Both the position numbers and the translations under genes were made by a program. The notes beneath the pieces were generated by a model. That model searched no databases. It saw only the letters and a list, made by a program, of their open reading frames with translations, and was not told the origin of the DNA. Source: an uncultured Pseudomonadota bacterium (lineage in GTDB: Bacteria; Oederibacteriota; Muellerivitia; Muellerivitales; Muellerivitaceae). From it: 64,000 nucleotides of DNA. Of this stretch, positions 1 through 10,425 are shown piece by piece; positions within the stretch are counted from its first letter, which is position 1; the number at the start of each line of letters is the position of its first letter. The DNA lies in the NCBI GenBank assembly GCA_963836235.1, contig CAWIIP010000001.1:416001-480000 (forward strand), given 5' to 3'.

Positions 1-150
1 TTTCGATTGTCCGAAATCAATGTTTTCCTGCCCCAATTAAGTCCAATCCAAATATACAACTTAAATTTTTTAAACCTGACTTTCATCATAAAGGTTTCAC
101 TCTCGGAGTCTTATAAAAGATTCTCAAATTATTTTAAAAGGAGGTGCTGT

Positions 151-618
151 ATGGCATTAACCAAAACAAATGGTGAGGAAAGGGCGCTCTCGCTGTTCCG
201 GCCCTGGGCTTTTGACCGGAGCATCCGCCAGCTATTCGACAACTTCCAGGATTTTTCCAAGGAATTGGATTTCCCCATCATGGGCCGCGAGCTTTTTCCC
301 TCGGTGGACATATCGGAGACGCCCCAGCAATACAACATCCGGGCGGAAATCCCGGGGATGAAAAAGGAGGACACTAAGATTTCCGTCAACAACAACGTCC
401 TCACCATTTCAGGCGAGAAAAAGTCCGAGACCAAGACCGACGACAAAAAATTTCACCGTGTGGAAAGTTATTATGGCTCTTTCCAGCGCAGTTTCGTCCT
501 TCCTGACGGCATCAAAACGGACAAGGTGGAAGCCAATTTCAAAGACGGTGTTTTGACGATAGCTGTCCCCAAAAGCGAGGAAGCTAAGTCCAAAACCGTC
601 GAAATCAAAGTGGGATAA
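151..618 (+). CDS. Hsp20/alpha-crystallin small heat-shock protein
   Basis: PSVDISET...RAEIPGMKKED...ESYYGSFQRSFVLP...ANFKDGVLTI motif; RBS AAGGAGG before ATG at 151. Confidence 0.95.
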   Translation: MALTKTNGEERALSLFRPWAFDRSIRQLFDNFQDFSKELDFPIMGRELFPSVDISETPQQYNIRAEIPGMKKEDTKISVNNNVLTISGEKKSETKTDDKKFHRVESYYGSFQRSFVLPDGIKTDKVEANFKDGVLTIAVPKSEEAKSKTVEIKVG

Positions 619-660
619 GCCGGTGGGTAAATTGGTGTGGCCCCATCTGGCTGAGGATGG

Positions 661-693
661 AAAGCCCCGGTGTAAAACCGGGGCTTTCATTTT
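661..693 (+). terminator. Probable intrinsic terminator after Hsp20
   Basis: AAAGCCCCGG-tgtaaaa-CCGGGGCTTT hairpin followed by T-rich tract. Confidence 0.7.
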
Positions 694-711
694 ATTAGTC
701 GGGAGTAGCCC

Positions 712-1185
712 ATGAAACGCGAACCATTCCTTTCCGCGCTCAGGAGCGGGCATCATTCCGCCCTCGTTGTCGGCATGGTGATCCAGCAATGCTTCGATAA
801 AATCCAATGCGACGCCGCAGAGGAGGTCTTTCGGGGATTGCCCGAAATGGTTGCGGTGTTTTTTCATAGCGAACTAAAACCCCATTTTGCTTCCGAAGAA
901 AGCATCATTCAGGTTTTCCGGGACCGTTTGGATAAGAAACACTCACAAAGGATCTATTCGGATCACCGTTACTTGATTTCTCTTATCCAAGACGGCTCCC
1001 TTGAAGCATTGAACGAATTCGCGGTCTTCCTAGCCGCCCATATCCAATTCGAGGAGGAGGAATTTTATCCAACATTGGAAAAAATCCTCCAACCCGGGGA
1101 AAAACAGGCCGTCGCTTTGTATTTCGAGAAAACCCTTCCCTCATTTTCCGAAATTGAGCGGGAAAAAGAACCGAAGCCTGGATAA
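712..1185 (+). CDS. Hemerythrin HHE cation-binding domain protein
   Basis: His/Glu pattern GHH...HFASEE...DH...HIQFEEEEFYP. Confidence 0.75.
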   Translation: MKREPFLSALRSGHHSALVVGMVIQQCFDKIQCDAAEEVFRGLPEMVAVFFHSELKPHFASEESIIQVFRDRLDKKHSQRIYSDHRYLISLIQDGSLEALNEFAVFLAAHIQFEEEEFYPTLEKILQPGEKQAVALYFEKTLPSFSEIEREKEPKPG

Positions 1186-1235
1186 AGCAGACTTCCATCC
1201 GGATTTGACGAACCGGAAAAAACTGGAGACTTGCC

Positions 1236-2282
1236 GTGCTTTATTCCAAGCCGCTTTTTGATAAAAAGACTACGAAAAATGAGCCTCGGAGGATCATCCA
1301 GGAAACGCAACTTCTCCTTCTTCCTTTTTACTCTAAATTCCTTCCAAAAGACCTCCGAATGCGCTTATCCCCCTATTGGGGGAGGGGCTATTACGTTACA
1401 GAAGTTTTTGCGGAGGCGGTCTTTCTGGCTTTTATCCTCCTGGCCCTCGGGAGCTTGGTGGCGGGCCGGAAGGGCGCTGGGGACACCCTTGTCTATGCCC
1501 TCCTTTACAGTTTCCTTTGGATCACCTGGCTTGGGCTGGTCCGCTGGTTCTCCCAACGTTCCGCGTTGGCGGCTTATGTCCGGGGGTTTGGACCTTGGGT
1601 TTCTGTCATGCTCAGTTACAACCTGGTGGGAAAGTTAATCCGGTTGGTCCATCCCGCAATCTATGACGACCAGCTTCAGGATTTGAGCGACCATTTTGGA
1701 ATAAACCCCACTAATGAAAAATTCCGATTCTTGGAAAACCACCCAGGCTGGGTGGATTTTTTCTCCCTGCTTTACCTGGGGCTGTTCGCCTGGCTGTTCC
1801 TGTTCCTTTTTTACTATTCCCTGCGCCGACGCTCCCGCTATCAGGACTTGATGCTGGGATTTATGCTGATTTACGCCGTGGGTTTCATGGGCTACCTTTT
1901 ATATCCGGCCCAGGGCCCGCGATACGCCTCCCCCGAACAATGGGCCCGGCTCAAGGGAGGATGGGCCTTTAACCTCATGAACGGGATCGTATCCCATATG
2001 GGAGCCAAATGGGACGTGTTCCCCAGCCTTCATGCCGCCATCGCCTTTTATCTGTTCGGCTGGCAATGGACCCAGCACAATCCCCTTCACCGGCTTTGGT
2101 CCATCCCGCTAGTAGTAGGAATTTTGGTTTCCACGCTGGTGCTAGGTTTTCATTACCCATTGGATTTGATCAGTGGCGGACTCCTGGGAGGCCTGGCTTT
2201 TCTATTGAGTCTAGGGTGTGAGGCGAAATTCGGAAAGTGGGTGGAATCTCCCCAGGTCGGTTTCCCCGGAAGCCATTCTTGA
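1236..2282 (+). CDS. Membrane PAP2_3 family phosphatase/phosphotransferase (Aur1/IPC-synthase-like); start uncertain
   Basis: Multiple TM segments; YPAQGPRY, FPSLHAA and GFHYPLD motifs. Confidence 0.8.
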   Translation: MLYSKPLFDKKTTKNEPRRIIQETQLLLLPFYSKFLPKDLRMRLSPYWGRGYYVTEVFAEAVFLAFILLALGSLVAGRKGAGDTLVYALLYSFLWITWLGLVRWFSQRSALAAYVRGFGPWVSVMLSYNLVGKLIRLVHPAIYDDQLQDLSDHFGINPTNEKFRFLENHPGWVDFFSLLYLGLFAWLFLFLFYYSLRRRSRYQDLMLGFMLIYAVGFMGYLLYPAQGPRYASPEQWARLKGGWAFNLMNGIVSHMGAKWDVFPSLHAAIAFYLFGWQWTQHNPLHRLWSIPLVVGILVSTLVLGFHYPLDLISGGLLGGLAFLLSLGCEAKFGKWVESPQVGFPGSHS

Positions 2283-2321
2283 GTCCTTCCCGTCCAGAGT
2301 GGCCAGTCTAAGGAGGCGTCA

Positions 2322-3194
2322 ATGATTTTGGTAACTGGTGCAAAAAGCAATGTGGGGAGAGAATTGATTTTCCAACTCCTCGGCCTGAAGCAGGATGTGC
2401 GTGTCATCACCCAAAGTCGGTCCGAGGTAGCCTATCTCTCGGGCCGCGCGGAATGCTGTGTGGCCGACCCGGAAAAACCGGAAACCTTGTCCGGCATTCT
2501 GAAAGGGGCGGAGAAGATATTCCTTGCCAGCTCCAACACGCATCAGGACCAAAATATTTTGGAAGAAGCTAAAAACTCCCGGGTCGGCCTCATTGTGAAA
2601 CTCTCTGGATTCGAAGCAGATCTGCGGTCCCCTTCCTGGCACGGAAAAGCCCTCCGCGAACGGGAGGAACTGGTCCAGGCTTCCGGCTTATCCTGGACTT
2701 TCCTTCGCCCCGCCTTGTTATCGGATATGGCCCTCATCTGGGCAAGGAGCATCGCCCGGGATGGCGTTATTTATTGCCCCTGCGGCGGAGGAAAAGTCGC
2801 ACCGGTCGACCCTTACGATGTGGCCGCCGTGGCGGCCCGTGCCCTGACCCAAGACGGCCATGAGGGGCAAACCTACGCTTTGACCGGCCCTGCCCTTCTT
2901 TCTATAGAGCAGATGGCGGGGGTCTTCGCTAGGTATCTCGACAAACCCGTGGAATTCATTGCCGCCGCCGAGTCCGAGTTCATCAGGGAGTCGACCCAAT
3001 ATGGGATGCGCGATGAATCCATCCAAAAATGGTTGGAAGTATTTAAGTCAATACGCCAAGGAAAGTGCTCTTACCTCACCGACACGGTGGAACGGATCAC
3101 CGGCCATAGTCCCCGTTCCTTTGGAACCTGGTGTCAAAACCACTTGGCCGCCTTTCAACCCAGGGCCAGGGTCGAGGGCGGAGCCTACATATGA
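2322..3194 (+). CDS. NmrA-like/atypical SDR NAD(P)H-binding protein
   Basis: MILVTGAxxNVG start; WTFLRP; VDPYDVAAVAA; YALTGP. Confidence 0.85.
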   Translation: MILVTGAKSNVGRELIFQLLGLKQDVRVITQSRSEVAYLSGRAECCVADPEKPETLSGILKGAEKIFLASSNTHQDQNILEEAKNSRVGLIVKLSGFEADLRSPSWHGKALREREELVQASGLSWTFLRPALLSDMALIWARSIARDGVIYCPCGGGKVAPVDPYDVAAVAARALTQDGHEGQTYALTGPALLSIEQMAGVFARYLDKPVEFIAAAESEFIRESTQYGMRDESIQKWLEVFKSIRQGKCSYLTDTVERITGHSPRSFGTWCQNHLAAFQPRARVEGGAYI

Positions 3195-3425
3195 GAACCA
3201 GAAACCCCCGAGAAGGACTTCATGCCGAATACAAAAATTTTAAAAGATTTCTTCGATGGACAACAGAGGAATTGGAAGTACTAAATCAATGCCGATGATG
3301 GCCATGGGGAGCCTCCTTACCGAAGATGCTTGTTTTTGGTTCAGGCTTTATTTCCGAGTGTTTTGGAAACAATCCATATGTTCCCAGTCATAAACCCCGT
3401 CCATTAACGAGGTTATGCTTTTCCC

Positions 3426-4193
3426 ATGGAAAAACCCGTTTCGTTCGATTTCCACGGCCAAAAGATGTTTGGGATGCTTCATGTCCCTGATGTCCGCGGA
3501 AAATGTCCGGCGGTGGTGTTTTTACACGGTTTTTCGGGGAACAAAATTGAACCCCACCGTTTGTTCGTCAAATCGGCCAGGCTCCTCGTCCTAAAAGGTA
3601 TCGTCTCAATGCGGTTCGATTTCCGTGGCTCCGGCGACAGTGAGGGAAATTTCGGAGACATGACCGTCAGCGACGAGGTCGCGGACGCGGCCAGAGCTTT
3701 CGACTTCCTTTCCCGCAAAACTTTCGTAGATCCCGACCGCATGGCTTTCCTGGGCCTCAGTCTGGGCGGCGCCGTGGCCGCCTGTGCGACGGCTTTCCGT
3801 CCCCAAGTGAAAGCCCTGGCTCTTTGGGCTCCCCTGGCCCAAATCAACCGCCTTTTCACCCTACCGACCGGCTTGAGCCGAGCGCAACTGCGCGATTGGA
3901 CAAAGCGGGGCAAAACCGATTATCACGGGAATGAGCTTGGCATCAATTGGCTAAAGGGATTGGACTATCACGATGCCTTGGAATCGGCGGCCAGGTTCAA
4001 GGGGAGGGTCCTGATCGTCCACGGCGGCCGGGACCGGGCTGTCCCCCTGTCCCAATCCCACCTTTACTTGAAAAACTTGGGCCGCCGGGCCCGGCTTCAC
4101 GTGGTCCGGGGGGCCGACCATACTTTTAACAAAGTCGAATGGGAAACTGAAGTAATCCGAAAAACCGTCCATTGGCTTAAAAAGACGCTTTAA
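3426..4193 (+). CDS. Alpha/beta-fold hydrolase
   Basis: HGFSG, RFDFRGSGDSEG, GLSLGG nucleophile elbow, HGGRD and GADH triad residues. Confidence 0.9.
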   Translation: MEKPVSFDFHGQKMFGMLHVPDVRGKCPAVVFLHGFSGNKIEPHRLFVKSARLLVLKGIVSMRFDFRGSGDSEGNFGDMTVSDEVADAARAFDFLSRKTFVDPDRMAFLGLSLGGAVAACATAFRPQVKALALWAPLAQINRLFTLPTGLSRAQLRDWTKRGKTDYHGNELGINWLKGLDYHDALESAARFKGRVLIVHGGRDRAVPLSQSHLYLKNLGRRARLHVVRGADHTFNKVEWETEVIRKTVHWLKKTL

Positions 4194-4635
4194 TCTAGAA
4201 ACTATAAACCGTCTGGAAAAGACTCATTCGTTTAACGCGGGATCCGTTGCACGAAACTTCTTTTTCATTCTTACTTATCTGCATTTTTGCAGCCTTCTTA
4301 CTGCTAAACGAGCTTGTCAAATTTCCCAGTGTTTTCCGGTGAACCCGAATCGAAAGTTTTGGAAGTGGCGCCGCTGGATTTCAAACGCCTATTTTTTCGG
4401 CGAAGTAAAATCATCTTATACCTCAGGTAACGGGCAAATCCCTGAAGCCTGTTTTGGGGCGAACCCACAGCCCTTTCAGGCGGAAGACCTGGTATTCGAC
4501 CTACAGGTGGTGGGATGGGCCCAACAGGGGGTATGGGATTGCCTAAAGGCATGTATTTCCTCCACTCCAACGGCGCGAAAGCCTTTTCATAAGAAAACGC
4601 GGCGTTAATGAAGCCAGACCGGGATGGAATTTGCC

Positions 4636-5811
4636 TTATCGGATGGAAGGATAGCTATCCGGCATTCCCTTTTTGGAAAGCACGACCTGCCACACCTGTT
4701 TTTTGCGGGACCGGAAGAGTCCCGCGCATTGGAGCAGGTAATATTTCCACATCCGGTAAAACCGCTTCCCGTAACAGGGTTTAATTTCATCCCAATGCTC
4801 GTTGAAGTTCTCAAACCAGGCCATCAAGGTCTTGTCGTAGTCCAACCCGAAATTGTGCCAATCCTCCATCACAAAAAGGCCCTCAATGGCCGAACCAACC
4901 TGTCCAATGGAAGGAATCAGGGAGTTTGGGAAAATGTATTTGTCGATCCAGGGGTCCGATTCAACTTCCGATTGGTTGCCGCCGATGGTGTGAAGAAGGA
5001 AAAGACCGTCATCATTTAGGCAGGAATTCATAATTTCCATGAACCGGCGGTAATTCTTGTAACCGACGTGCTCAAACATTCCCAGGGAGACGATATGGTC
5101 GTATTTCTCCTCCCCTAAGTCGCGGTAATCCTGGAGACGTATCTCAACCGGGAGTCCTTTACATCTTTCCCGCCCAAGTTCGGCTTGGTCCTTTGAAACC
5201 GTGATGGCCGTTACCCGAGCCCCGTACCATTCGGCGGCGAACTTGGCGAAACTGCCCCATCCTCCGCCCACGTCCAGAACATGCTGGTCGGGACGCAGTC
5301 GGATTTTTTGACATACCAGGTCCATCTTAGCCCCTTGCGCCTGGTCCAGATTCCCCGCGTTCTTCCAGTACCCACAGGTATAGGCCATGTGGGAGTCCAG
5401 CATTGCCTGGAACAGGTTATTGCCCAGGTCATAATGCCTTTCCCCAACTTCGAAAGCCCTATTCCGGCTCTGGAGATTCAACACCAACGCTTTGAAGTGC
5501 ATCCAAACCAATTCCCAGGTGGGTTTCACTTTTTCAACCAGTTCCGCTTTGAAGAGACGGTAAAAGAAATCATCCAGGCGAGGGGCATTCCACCATCCGT
5601 CCATGTAGGATTCCCCTAAGCCAAGCGAATGATGGGCGAAAACCCTGGAATAAAACCGATCGTCGACCACTTGAATATCCCAGGGCCTTGGGCCGTTTAT
5701 TTGAATTCCGCCAAATTCGAGGATTTCCCTTGTTTTGGATTTCCAATAGGATCCGCTGAAAGGAACAGGCGCGGAAAAACCCGTGTCGTATAGACTTTTT
5801 GAGTTATCCAT
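4636..5811 (-). CDS. cfa: Cyclopropane-fatty-acyl-phospholipid synthase
   Basis: HYDLGN, YTCGYW, VLDVGGGWG, GMFEHVG, YIFPNS motifs. Confidence 0.93.
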   Translation of the reverse strand: MDNSKSLYDTGFSAPVPFSGSYWKSKTREILEFGGIQINGPRPWDIQVVDDRFYSRVFAHHSLGLGESYMDGWWNAPRLDDFFYRLFKAELVEKVKPTWELVWMHFKALVLNLQSRNRAFEVGERHYDLGNNLFQAMLDSHMAYTCGYWKNAGNLDQAQGAKMDLVCQKIRLRPDQHVLDVGGGWGSFAKFAAEWYGARVTAITVSKDQAELGRERCKGLPVEIRLQDYRDLGEEKYDHIVSLGMFEHVGYKNYRRFMEIMNSCLNDDGLFLLHTIGGNQSEVESDPWIDKYIFPNSLIPSIGQVGSAIEGLFVMEDWHNFGLDYDKTLMAWFENFNEHWDEIKPCYGKRFYRMWKYYLLQCAGLFRSRKKQVWQVVLSKKGMPDSYPSIR

Positions 5812-5861
5812 TTCATCCTCTTGCGGCTTCAACCGCCAAGATTGTTCTTGTTAAGTAACTA

Positions 5862-6272
5862 TTAAGCTTTCATCATTTCCCTTTTTTTAATCCGTTTACC
5901 GTGATGTTGTATTGTTTCATCTAGTGTGTCGGATAATTTCATCAATCCGAGGGAAGGCGGCGGCGGGGGAGTGGACAAAAGTTTCCCAATCCAGTGGACC
6001 AAATGCGGCAAGGGTTTCAAATGTGAGGACTTTGACCAGGTCTTATTCTTTGGGGTGGTCTCCAACCTTCCCATTCTTTTTGGTCTACGCGTGGTGTTCA
6101 TCCTGAAGAGCCGCCATAATGGACAAAAACGCAGGATGGCGGTCAATACAAGAAAAAGGCCGATAACGATGAAAACCAGACCGAGAGGATTATCTATCGA
6201 TATCCCATCGGCAATGAGAAGGAACGAGAAAACAAACCTGAAATTCCGGTCGACAAGCCCCACATTTTTCAT
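5862..6272 (-). CDS. DUF2892 (YgaP-like) membrane protein with C-terminal extension
   Basis: KNVGLVDRNFR...RFCPLWRLFRMNT pattern, two TM helices. Confidence 0.75.
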   Translation of the reverse strand: MKNVGLVDRNFRFVFSFLLIADGISIDNPLGLVFIVIGLFLVLTAILRFCPLWRLFRMNTTRRPKRMGRLETTPKNKTWSKSSHLKPLPHLVHWIGKLLSTPPPPPSLGLMKLSDTLDETIQHHGKRIKKREMMKA

Positions 6273-6303
6273 GGCTAATCCCTTAGTTGAAAAGACATTT
6301 CGG

Positions 6304-6492
6304 TTATTTTTTGGCTGGAATCGAGTGGGATTTCTCGGCCCATTTATTTTCGACTTCCACCCAATCCTTGAGGTCGTCGTTCAATGGGCATCCCCTCTGC
6401 TGCCAGTGGTAATAAGCCGCCACTTTCAGGTATTCCCTCGGAATTTCCTTTTTTGGAATTACCGCTGGTTCTTTTTCCTTGGTCTTTAACAT
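6304..6492 (-). CDS. DUF2934 domain small protein
   Basis: AAYYHWQQRGCP...DLKDWVEVE signature; RBS GGAGG. Confidence 0.8.
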   Translation of the reverse strand: MLKTKEKEPAVIPKKEIPREYLKVAAYYHWQQRGCPLNDDLKDWVEVENKWAEKSHSIPAKK

Positions 6493-6801
6493 TTTTCCCT
6501 CCTTGGTTTTGTCCTAGATATACATCGAAACAGTCGGTTGGTTTATGATCTATGGCAGGTTTGGGATTGAATTTCTTCAGTAAACCTATTCCAAAAACCC
6601 CATTTGGACGGCGCGGCTCACAAGGAGGACCGTTATGAGATTTCCAATGCACAAAACCTCGTCCAGGACTCCCGGCAAAACTTCGAGCAGGTTTTTAACG
6701 GCATGAACCGCTGGCAACTCACCTTTTCTTGACCTTCTTTAACGACGTGTCCCCCTTTGCGTGGACACCTAAAAAAAGATAATCAATAATTTTGAAGTGA
6801 A

Positions 6802-7620
6802 TTAAGTTAAAAGGCGGGGGTATTGACGGGTGGCGAGAGCCCATATAAGCAAAGAGGCTCCAAACAGGACCCCTCCGTCCAACAAACCGTGGGCGTAGGA
6901 AGGGTCCAGCAGAAGCCCCCTCAAGCCATCCACTAGGTAGCTTAAAGGGTTCGCTTTGGCGAAAACCTGGAGCCAAGGCGGCATGATGGAAACGGGATAG
7001 AGGGCGCTGGAGGCGAAAAAAAGCGGCATGGTTACCAATTGGCCGATACCCATCATGCGGTCCCGGGTCTTCACGATGGCCGCGATCACCATGGAGAGCC
7101 CGGAAAAAAAGGACGACCCCAAGACGACGAACCCCAAAAGGCCAGCGGCCCTATCCAAACTCCATTGCAAGTGGATACCCAGTAAATAGGCTACGGCCAG
7201 CACCACCGCAAGTTGGCAAAGGGACCGGGCGGTCGAAGCCAGCATCTTTCCCAGGACCAGCGCGGAACGCTCGATTGGCGTGGTAAGGATTTTCTGCAAC
7301 AATCCCATGTCTCTTTCCCAAATAATGGACAATCCGTTGAAGATGGAAACAAAAGTGATGGACTGGGCCAATATACCTGGCGTGAGAAAAGCCAGGTAAT
7401 CCCCTCCCGCTTCCGGCACAGCTTTCAACCGACTAAAAGCCTCCCCGAAGAGCAGGAGCCAAACGACCGGTTGGATGCTCCGGGAAAGGATTTCGGTCGG
7501 GTCCTTCATCATTTTCAGGGTTTCCAATTCGATGATGACGCCCACGTGGTAAAGATAAAGGAGGGGAACAGATCGGCCTTTAGCCGAGTCTTTGGGCAAT
7601 ACGGCGGCTGCGTTTGACAT
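6802..7620 (-). CDS. ABC-2 type exporter permease (DrrB-like)
   Basis: YLAFLTPGIL, IIWERDMG, NPLSYLVDGLR; about six TM segments. Confidence 0.9.
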   Translation of the reverse strand: MSNAAAVLPKDSAKGRSVPLLYLYHVGVIIELETLKMMKDPTEILSRSIQPVVWLLLFGEAFSRLKAVPEAGGDYLAFLTPGILAQSITFVSIFNGLSIIWERDMGLLQKILTTPIERSALVLGKMLASTARSLCQLAVVLAVAYLLGIHLQWSLDRAAGLLGFVVLGSSFFSGLSMVIAAIVKTRDRMMGIGQLVTMPLFFASSALYPVSIMPPWLQVFAKANPLSYLVDGLRGLLLDPSYAHGLLDGGVLFGASLLIWALATRQYPRLLT

Positions 7621-8392
7621 TAGCCAAACCTCCTTGCTCGTCGGATTCGGACGGTCCGACGAAATGCACAAACAGTTCGTCCATGGTAGCCCGGGGCTTG
7701 TGGGCTTTCTTGCGCAATTCTTTGAGCGTTCCCATGACCTCAATGCGCCCCTTGTCCATGATGGCGATGCGGTCGCATAATTCCTGGGCTTCTTCCATGT
7801 AATGGGTGGTCATCAACAAAGTTGTCCCATATTCCTTGCGCAGTTCCCGGATATGCTCCCAGAGGGCATTTCGGGCCACGGGATCCAGTCCCGAAGTGGG
7901 TTCATCCAAAAACACCACCGCAGGACGGTGCAAAATGGATTGGCCGATTTCCAGCCGCCGCACCATGCCGCCCGAATAGTGGGCCACGAGCCGATGGGCC
8001 GCCTCGGTTAGGTCCAGCATTTCCAGTATTTGGGGAACCCTCTCCTTAAGTTGGGCCTTTGTCAGGCCATAAAGTTTTCCAAAGATCGTAAGGTTTTCCA
8101 ATCCCGTCAGACTGCCGTCCACCGACAAGGATTGGGGGACGTAACCGATGGATTCACGAATGCGGGCCGATTCTTTTTTCAGGGAAAAGCCGTTTACTTT
8201 CGCATCGCCGGAGTCCGGGGAAATCATGGTAATGAGCATTTTGATGGTGGTGCTTTTACCGGCGCCGTTGGGTCCCAGGAGGGCGAAACATTCTCCTGGG
8301 GCGACGTCGAAACTCACGTTCTGGACGGCGTGGACTTCCTTGAAGCTCTTGGTGAGGCCGCAAACTTCGATCATGGGTGCCATGGGGATCAA
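7580..8392 (-). CDS. ABC exporter ATP-binding protein (DrrA-like)
   Basis: GPNGAGKST, YSGGM, FLDEPT, TTHYMEEA. Confidence 0.93.
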   Translation of the reverse strand: MIPMAPMIEVCGLTKSFKEVHAVQNVSFDVAPGECFALLGPNGAGKSTTIKMLITMISPDSGDAKVNGFSLKKESARIRESIGYVPQSLSVDGSLTGLENLTIFGKLYGLTKAQLKERVPQILEMLDLTEAAHRLVAHYSGGMVRRLEIGQSILHRPAVVFLDEPTSGLDPVARNALWEHIRELRKEYGTTLLMTTHYMEEAQELCDRIAIMDKGRIEVMGTLKELRKKAHKPRATMDELFVHFVGPSESDEQGGLANVKRSRRIAQRLG

Positions 8393-8476
8393 AACCTTTC
8401 AAGCCTGGATAGGCCCAGGAGGACATTGTAATTCATTCCTCCATTGGACGTTCCGGCTCGATTCAAAGAGTCGTAT

Positions 8477-9091
8477 CTACGCCGTTATCCAGTTTAAAAT
8501 CCGTGGCGGATTTCTCGGCGTCCTGGGGGAATCCTCCGACGGGTATCCGACGATGATGGGAAGGACCGGGAAATGCCCTTCCGGTATTCCCAATTTATGT
8601 TTCATTGAATCGGTCCGCAGAATGTCCCAAGCCAGCCCGATGGGACAAGTACCCAGCCCCATTCCATAAGCGGCCAACATCAGGTTTTGGCAGGCTAGGT
8701 AGCAATCCGCCTCGGGAACTAACCCTTCCTGTGTAGCGCAAACGATAATGAGGGTTGAAGCGCCATAGAAAATATTGAAACCCGGGTCCAGGAAACGGCT
8801 GGGCCCGTGTTGGGCTTCGGACTTCCACCTGGGATCTCCGGCCAGCGTCTTCTTAGCCTCGTTGGAAATTCCCCGTAGGAGAACCGCATCCTGGACAACG
8901 GCAAAGCTCCAGGGCTGGCTGTTGACAGCGCTGGGAGCTTGAACGGCGAATTCCAAGAGGATTCCCACGGTTTTTTCGTCAACCGCCTTGGCCGTGTAAT
9001 GGCGGACGGCCCTCCGGTCACAGATCGCATCGAGAACGCTGATCGAAGCGCCTGTCTTCTTACTTTTTTTCGCTTCATCTAAAAGTGTCAT
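8477..9091 (-). CDS. Nitroreductase family protein
   Basis: RRAVRHY, APSAVNSQPW, QNLMLAAYGMGLGTCPIG. Confidence 0.92.
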   Translation of the reverse strand: MTLLDEAKKSKKTGASISVLDAICDRRAVRHYTAKAVDEKTVGILLEFAVQAPSAVNSQPWSFAVVQDAVLLRGISNEAKKTLAGDPRWKSEAQHGPSRFLDPGFNIFYGASTLIIVCATQEGLVPEADCYLACQNLMLAAYGMGLGTCPIGLAWDILRTDSMKHKLGIPEGHFPVLPIIVGYPSEDSPRTPRNPPRILNWITA

Positions 9092-9175
9092 ATTGTTTCC
9101 TCCGACTCAAGCTGAATAAGTCGAGAAATGAATTGAAGAACTTGTATTAGGATAATTACTAAATGGAGCCTCTCA

Positions 9176-9191
9176 TGTGACCTCCGTCATA
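9176..9191. promoter_or_regulatory. Candidate CRP/FNR-family binding site in the divergent nitroreductase/ADH intergenic region
   Basis: TGTGA-CCTCCG-TCATA, 9/10 match to TGTGA-N6-TCACA. Confidence 0.4.
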
Positions 9192-9296
9192 CCCATCCGT
9201 TTTTTTATGGGATATTCTTTTTAGAAACCTGCGCCGAAAAGGTCATAAGGACCGGTAAATGGAGCCCGTATTAATACATAAAATTTTCGGGTTGAC

Positions 9297-10334
9297 ATGG
9301 GAGATGAACCAAAACTTCAGAATGTTCCCATGAATAAAAAGACAATGCAGGCCATGGTGTTGGCGGCACAGGGACAACCCCTGAAACCCCTCTTTCTTCC
9401 CAAACCAATTCCAGGACGGGGCCAAGTACTTGTACGGGTCCTCGCTTGCGGCCTATGCCGCACCGACCTGCACGTGGTGGACGGCGACCTGAAGGAGCCC
9501 AAACTGCCCCTTGTTCCGGGCCATCAAGTGGTGGGCGTAGTGGAGAGCTTGGGCCCCAGCATAACGGCCGTTCAAATCGGTGAACGCATTGGTATCCCCT
9601 GGCTTGGCGGCAGTTGCGGCTCATGCGATTACTGCCGAAGCGGAAGGGAAAACCTTTGCGACCATGCTCGATACACCGGCTATCAATTGGACGGCGGCTT
9701 CGCCGAATACTGCCTGGCGGATGAGCGCTTTGTTTTCCCCATTCCCAAGTCCTACCCTGACCCGCAAGCCGCGCCCCTTTTATGCGCGGGCCTGATTGGC
9801 TACCGCTCTTTACGGATGGCGGGAAATGGAAAAAAACTTGGATTTTACGGTTTCGGCGCGTCGGCCCACCTTTTAATCCAAGTCGCGAAATACCAAGGGC
9901 GTGAAGTTTATGTCTTTACCCGCAAAGGAGATACCGAAAGCCAGGCCTTTGCCGAAAAACTGGGGGCCACGTGGGTGGGAACATCGGGTGAAACCCCGCC
10001 AAAACATTTGGATGCGGCCATCATCTTCGCACCCGTTGGGGAATTAGTGCCGATGGCCCTTAAAGCGGTTGCCAAGGGCGGGGTGGTTGTCTGCGCGGGC
10101 ATCCATATGAGCGATATCCCCTCTTTCCCCTATTCCATCCTTTGGGGCGAGCGGCAGGTGCGTTCAGTGGCAAATTTAACCCGCCAAGACGGAGAGGAAT
10201 TCCTGAAGTTGGCCCCCCAAATCCCCATCAAAACGCAGGTGAAAATCTATCCTCTTGATCAGGCTAATGAGGCTTTGGCCGACCTTCGCGCGGGCCGCCT
10301 TCAGGGGGCTGCAGTATTAAGAATCGGGTCTTAA
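9297..10334 (+). CDS. Zinc-dependent alcohol dehydrogenase family protein (start may be slightly downstream)
   Basis: CGLCRTDLH, PGHQ, CGSCDYC...NLC, APLLCAGLIGY, YGFGASAH. Confidence 0.93.
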   Translation: MGDEPKLQNVPMNKKTMQAMVLAAQGQPLKPLFLPKPIPGRGQVLVRVLACGLCRTDLHVVDGDLKEPKLPLVPGHQVVGVVESLGPSITAVQIGERIGIPWLGGSCGSCDYCRSGRENLCDHARYTGYQLDGGFAEYCLADERFVFPIPKSYPDPQAAPLLCAGLIGYRSLRMAGNGKKLGFYGFGASAHLLIQVAKYQGREVYVFTRKGDTESQAFAEKLGATWVGTSGETPPKHLDAAIIFAPVGELVPMALKAVAKGGVVVCAGIHMSDIPSFPYSILWGERQVRSVANLTRQDGEEFLKLAPQIPIKTQVKIYPLDQANEALADLRAGRLQGAAVLRIGS

Positions 10335-10425
10335 ATCCCCAAATGATTAACAAGTTATCCACAATTTTATCCTCTTAATCCCCAATCATGCAGGCCGGAA
10401 CGATGCCCTCCCTTTGGCGCCATCC

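Noticed and set aside
3191-3298. 35-codon ORF overlapping the NmrA stop
   Set aside because: Too short, with no recognisable similarity.
4194-4635. Short ORFs 4339-4608 (+) and 4304-4570 (-)
   Set aside because: No recognisable motif or convincing RBS; left unannotated.
6747-6768. GTGTCC...GTGGACAC hairpin resembling the ends of the 28-bp repeat
   Set aside because: Shorter and lacks the CACGA/GGGTCCCC core; probably unrelated.
10355-10363. Perfect DnaA box TTATCCACA at the island edge
   Set aside because: A single box with no cluster or dnaA context; not evidence for an origin.
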